In this document: positions 35,473-37,793 of the stretch, piece after piece
Numbering within the stretch: the stretch's first letter is position 1
Layout of the letters: every line of letters starts with the position of its first letter
UHGV virus genome: UHGV-0272092
Direction: 5' to 3' (one strand)
Length of the DNA stretch: 37,793 nt
Source: a virus
Translations under genes and position numbers: made by a program
Notes under the pieces: generated by a model
What the model saw: only the letters and a program-made list of their open reading frames with translations
The model's database searches: none
Told to the model about the DNA's origin: nothing

Positions 35473-35772
35473 ATGAACGTTAATCAGCAGAAAAATCTTC
35501 AAAAAATCATGCTGGCATTCGACAAGGACTACCGCCTGTCAGAACAGCTATATGACCGACAAGTTGAACTGATTGAGAGCATCCGACTTCATCAACTGTC
35601 CTCAACTTTCGACGTTGTAACAGGCAAAGGCGTTCGTCAGGAAGTGCTGGAGGCTGCTAAAGACAGCCCTGAGTTCGAAGAACTGATGGATGCCTACCGG
35701 CGCGAGGCAATGGCAATTATAGCGCGCTGGGATCTGGCGGATCAGCTTGATGGGCAGAGGGACGCGGCATGA
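35473..35772 (+). CDS. hypothetical early protein (99 aa)
   Basis: RBS GGGAGGG 7 nt upstream of ATG 35473; ATGA overlap with the exonuclease start. Track ORF opens at 35458. Confidence 0.5.
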   Translation: MNVNQQKNLQKIMLAFDKDYRLSEQLYDRQVELIESIRLHQLSSTFDVVTGKGVRQEVLEAAKDSPEFEELMDAYRREAMAIIARWDLADQLDGQRDAA

Positions 35773-36668
35773 TGCGGAACGCTGGAATCATGGATAGAAC
35801 AAAATACATCGGAGGAAGCGATGTTGCAGGGATTCTTGGAATTAGCCCATGGCGCACCCCGCTTGAGGTTTATCTGGATAAGGTCCAGCCACGTGTCAAA
35901 CCAGTAGACCCAAGCAAGCAGAAAGTTTTCACGCGTGGCCAGCGTATGGAGCCATACGTAATAGACCTGCTTTCTGAGGAAACAGGGATGGAAATCGTTC
36001 ATCGCGGAAACCGCTATATCCACCGTGATTACGATTTTATTGCAGCTGAGATCGATGCAGAAGCAGCGTCAGGCGAGAACATTGAGATCAAAACAGTTAG
36101 TCCGTTCAAAGCCAAAGAATGGGGAGAAATCCAGACAGATGCAATTCCTGTGCATTACACGGCCCAGGCCATGCACGGGTTGATGGTTACAAACAAACAG
36201 GTATGCGTTTTCGGTGTGCTTATCGGTGGCGACGACTTCCGAATCTATCGGGTTGAGCGTGATGAAGAAACTATCCAGGCGATCTTAGAAAAAGAAATCG
36301 CTTTCTGGGACCGAGTGAAAAATCTTAACCCGCCGGAAGCTACCAGCGTAAGCGATGTATCGCTGATGTTTGAGAAAGATGCCGGGACAAGTATCGAGGC
36401 TGACGGAAAGGCACTCGCACTATTCAACGATCTACGAGACATGAAATCACGCAGAAAATCACTGGAAGAAGAAATAGCTATATCAGAAGAGAAGCTGAAG
36501 ATGTACATGCAAGAGCACTCAGTCCTGACCCTGGACGGAAAGCCGCTCTGCACATGGAAATCTCAGATCAGCAACAGATTCGACCAGAAGCTATTCCAGT
36601 CAGTACACCCTGAGTTATTCGAAAAATTCAAAACAACAACGACACAACGCGTCTTCAGAATGAAGTAA
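35769..36668 (+). CDS. YqaJ-type recombination exonuclease
   Basis: N-terminal IGGSDVAGILGISPW motif typical of YqaJ/lambda-exo-like nucleases; paired with RecT downstream. Confidence 0.75.
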   Translation: MMRNAGIMDRTKYIGGSDVAGILGISPWRTPLEVYLDKVQPRVKPVDPSKQKVFTRGQRMEPYVIDLLSEETGMEIVHRGNRYIHRDYDFIAAEIDAEAASGENIEIKTVSPFKAKEWGEIQTDAIPVHYTAQAMHGLMVTNKQVCVFGVLIGGDDFRIYRVERDEETIQAILEKEIAFWDRVKNLNPPEATSVSDVSLMFEKDAGTSIEADGKALALFNDLRDMKSRRKSLEEEIAISEEKLKMYMQEHSVLTLDGKPLCTWKSQISNRFDQKLFQSVHPELFEKFKTTTTQRVFRMK

Positions 36669-36677
36669 GGAGAAAAA

Positions 36678-37700
36678 ATGTCTATCAATGCACTTAAGGC
36701 AGCGGCTACCGGTAACCAAGTTGCACATCATAATGAGAAACCAACAACTCTGGCCGGACTTCTGGCAGACCCAAAAATTAAAGCTCAGATGGCTTTGGCA
36801 CTTCCAAAGCACATGACAGCAGACCGTCTGGCGCGCATAGCAACCACAGAGATCAGAAAGGTTCCAAAACTTGCATCATGCGACCAAGCCAGCTTCCTGG
36901 GGGCAATTATGCAATGTGCCCAATTGGGTCTTGAACCAGGCGGAGCTCTTGGACACGCTTACCTGATACCGTTCGACAAACGCCAGAAAGTAAATGGAAG
37001 ATGGGAAACCGTATCTACAGAAGCACAGCTGATTATCGGCTATCGCGGAATGATTGACCTTGCCCGCCGCTCTGGGCAGATCCTGAGTATCTCGGCTCGT
37101 ACCGTACATACAAACGACAAATTCAGCTACTCATACGGCCTGGAAGAAACGCTCGAGCATTTACCTTGCGAAACAGGTGACCGCGGAGAATTAACGCACG
37201 TTTACGCCGTTGCACGACTGAAAGATGGCGGAGTCCAATTTGAAGTTATGAGCCGGGCAGACGTTGAGAAAGTTCGTGCACTGAGCAAAGCCGGTAGCAG
37301 TGGCCCATGGGTTGATCACTTCGATGAGATGGCTAAAAAAACAGTAATTCGCCGACTGTTCAAATATCTTCCTGTTTCTATTGAAATGCAGAAGGCTGTT
37401 GTTATGGATGAGCGCGCTGAAGCTGGACTTAGCCAAGATAACGCAGCTGTTATCACTGGTGAATATTCCGTAGTTGACGATGAGCGTCAACACCTGTCGC
37501 CAATTTCAGATTCAGAACGAGAAGAAGCTCGAGAATATATCATCGCGATACTTAATAGCCTGGATCCATCTGCTGAAGATGCAAAAACGATGTTCAAGCG
37601 CGCTGAAAATGAAATTAACACCATGGCTGAAAAGCTCGGTGATGAATATCACCAAAAATTCATGATGACGCTTAACGATATGCGTCCAGAATTCGAGTAA
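36678..37700 (+). CDS. recT: RecT-family single-strand annealing protein
   Basis: 340 aa; segments LIPF...IIGYRGMIDLARRSG characteristic of RecT, from memory. Confidence 0.8.
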   Translation: MSINALKAAATGNQVAHHNEKPTTLAGLLADPKIKAQMALALPKHMTADRLARIATTEIRKVPKLASCDQASFLGAIMQCAQLGLEPGGALGHAYLIPFDKRQKVNGRWETVSTEAQLIIGYRGMIDLARRSGQILSISARTVHTNDKFSYSYGLEETLEHLPCETGDRGELTHVYAVARLKDGGVQFEVMSRADVEKVRALSKAGSSGPWVDHFDEMAKKTVIRRLFKYLPVSIEMQKAVVMDERAEAGLSQDNAAVITGEYSVVDDERQHLSPISDSEREEAREYIIAILNSLDPSAEDAKTMFKRAENEINTMAEKLGDEYHQKFMMTLNDMRPEFE

Positions 37701-37749
37701 CCACCACCGCGGCGCCACGTGCGCCGCACTGCAACCAAGAGAGGTATTC

Positions 37750-37793
37750 ATGAAAGGTGCATTAGGTAAGAAAGAACTCCTGGCGGTGGTGCC
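37750..37793 (+). CDS. start of a further early gene, truncated by window end
   Basis: RBS AGAGAGG upstream of ATG 37750; reads MKGALGKKELLAVV; preceded by hairpin GCGGCGC-CACGT-GCGCCGC (37713-37731). Confidence 0.3.
   Translation, partial: MKGALGKKELLAVV

Noticed and set aside
1-37793. CRISPR arrays, insertion sequences, transposases, rRNA
   Set aside because: No regularly spaced direct repeats, no terminal inverted repeats flanking a transposase-like ORF, and no rRNA-like sequence were seen.

Overview
The window looks like a near-complete temperate podovirus genome (prophage or phage) from an enterobacterial host; the virion module follows a T7-like gene order and the early region is lambda-like. 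Assignment to the epsilon15/phiV10-like group is from memory of protein families and is inference, not a search result. Minus strand, high to low coordinates: Cro-like, O-like and lambda-P-like replication genes, an accessory cluster (DUF1064, two Ea22-like, GNAT-like, DUF551), small and large terminase, portal, scaffold, major capsid, tail tubular A/B, internal virion proteins, tailspike, lysis cassette (two holin-like, GH19 endolysin, Rz/Rz1), then integrase. Plus strand: a tandem-HTH repressor with no peptidase domain, an exonuclease/RecT pair, an MT-A70 adenine methyltransferase, and two isolated plus-strand genes inside the late region. The most interesting signals are regulatory: (1) a 15-bp palindrome family TTACC-N5-GGTAA in at least 11 copies, clustered as OR and OL but also at the integrase, late-operon and middle-gene promoters; (2) a near-consensus LexA box in front of a small plus-strand gene in the tail region, which with the non-cleavable repressor suggests an SOS-controlled antirepressor; (3) a conserved AACCAYATATG element upstream of three late operons; (4) a 12-bp palindrome GTGACATGTCAC in three copies flanking the terminase genes; (5) a tRNA-Arg(UCU) island with a ~400-bp leader, two terminators and an unknown gene between terminase and portal. 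All coordinates were hand-indexed from the sequence; no homology search or folding was run.
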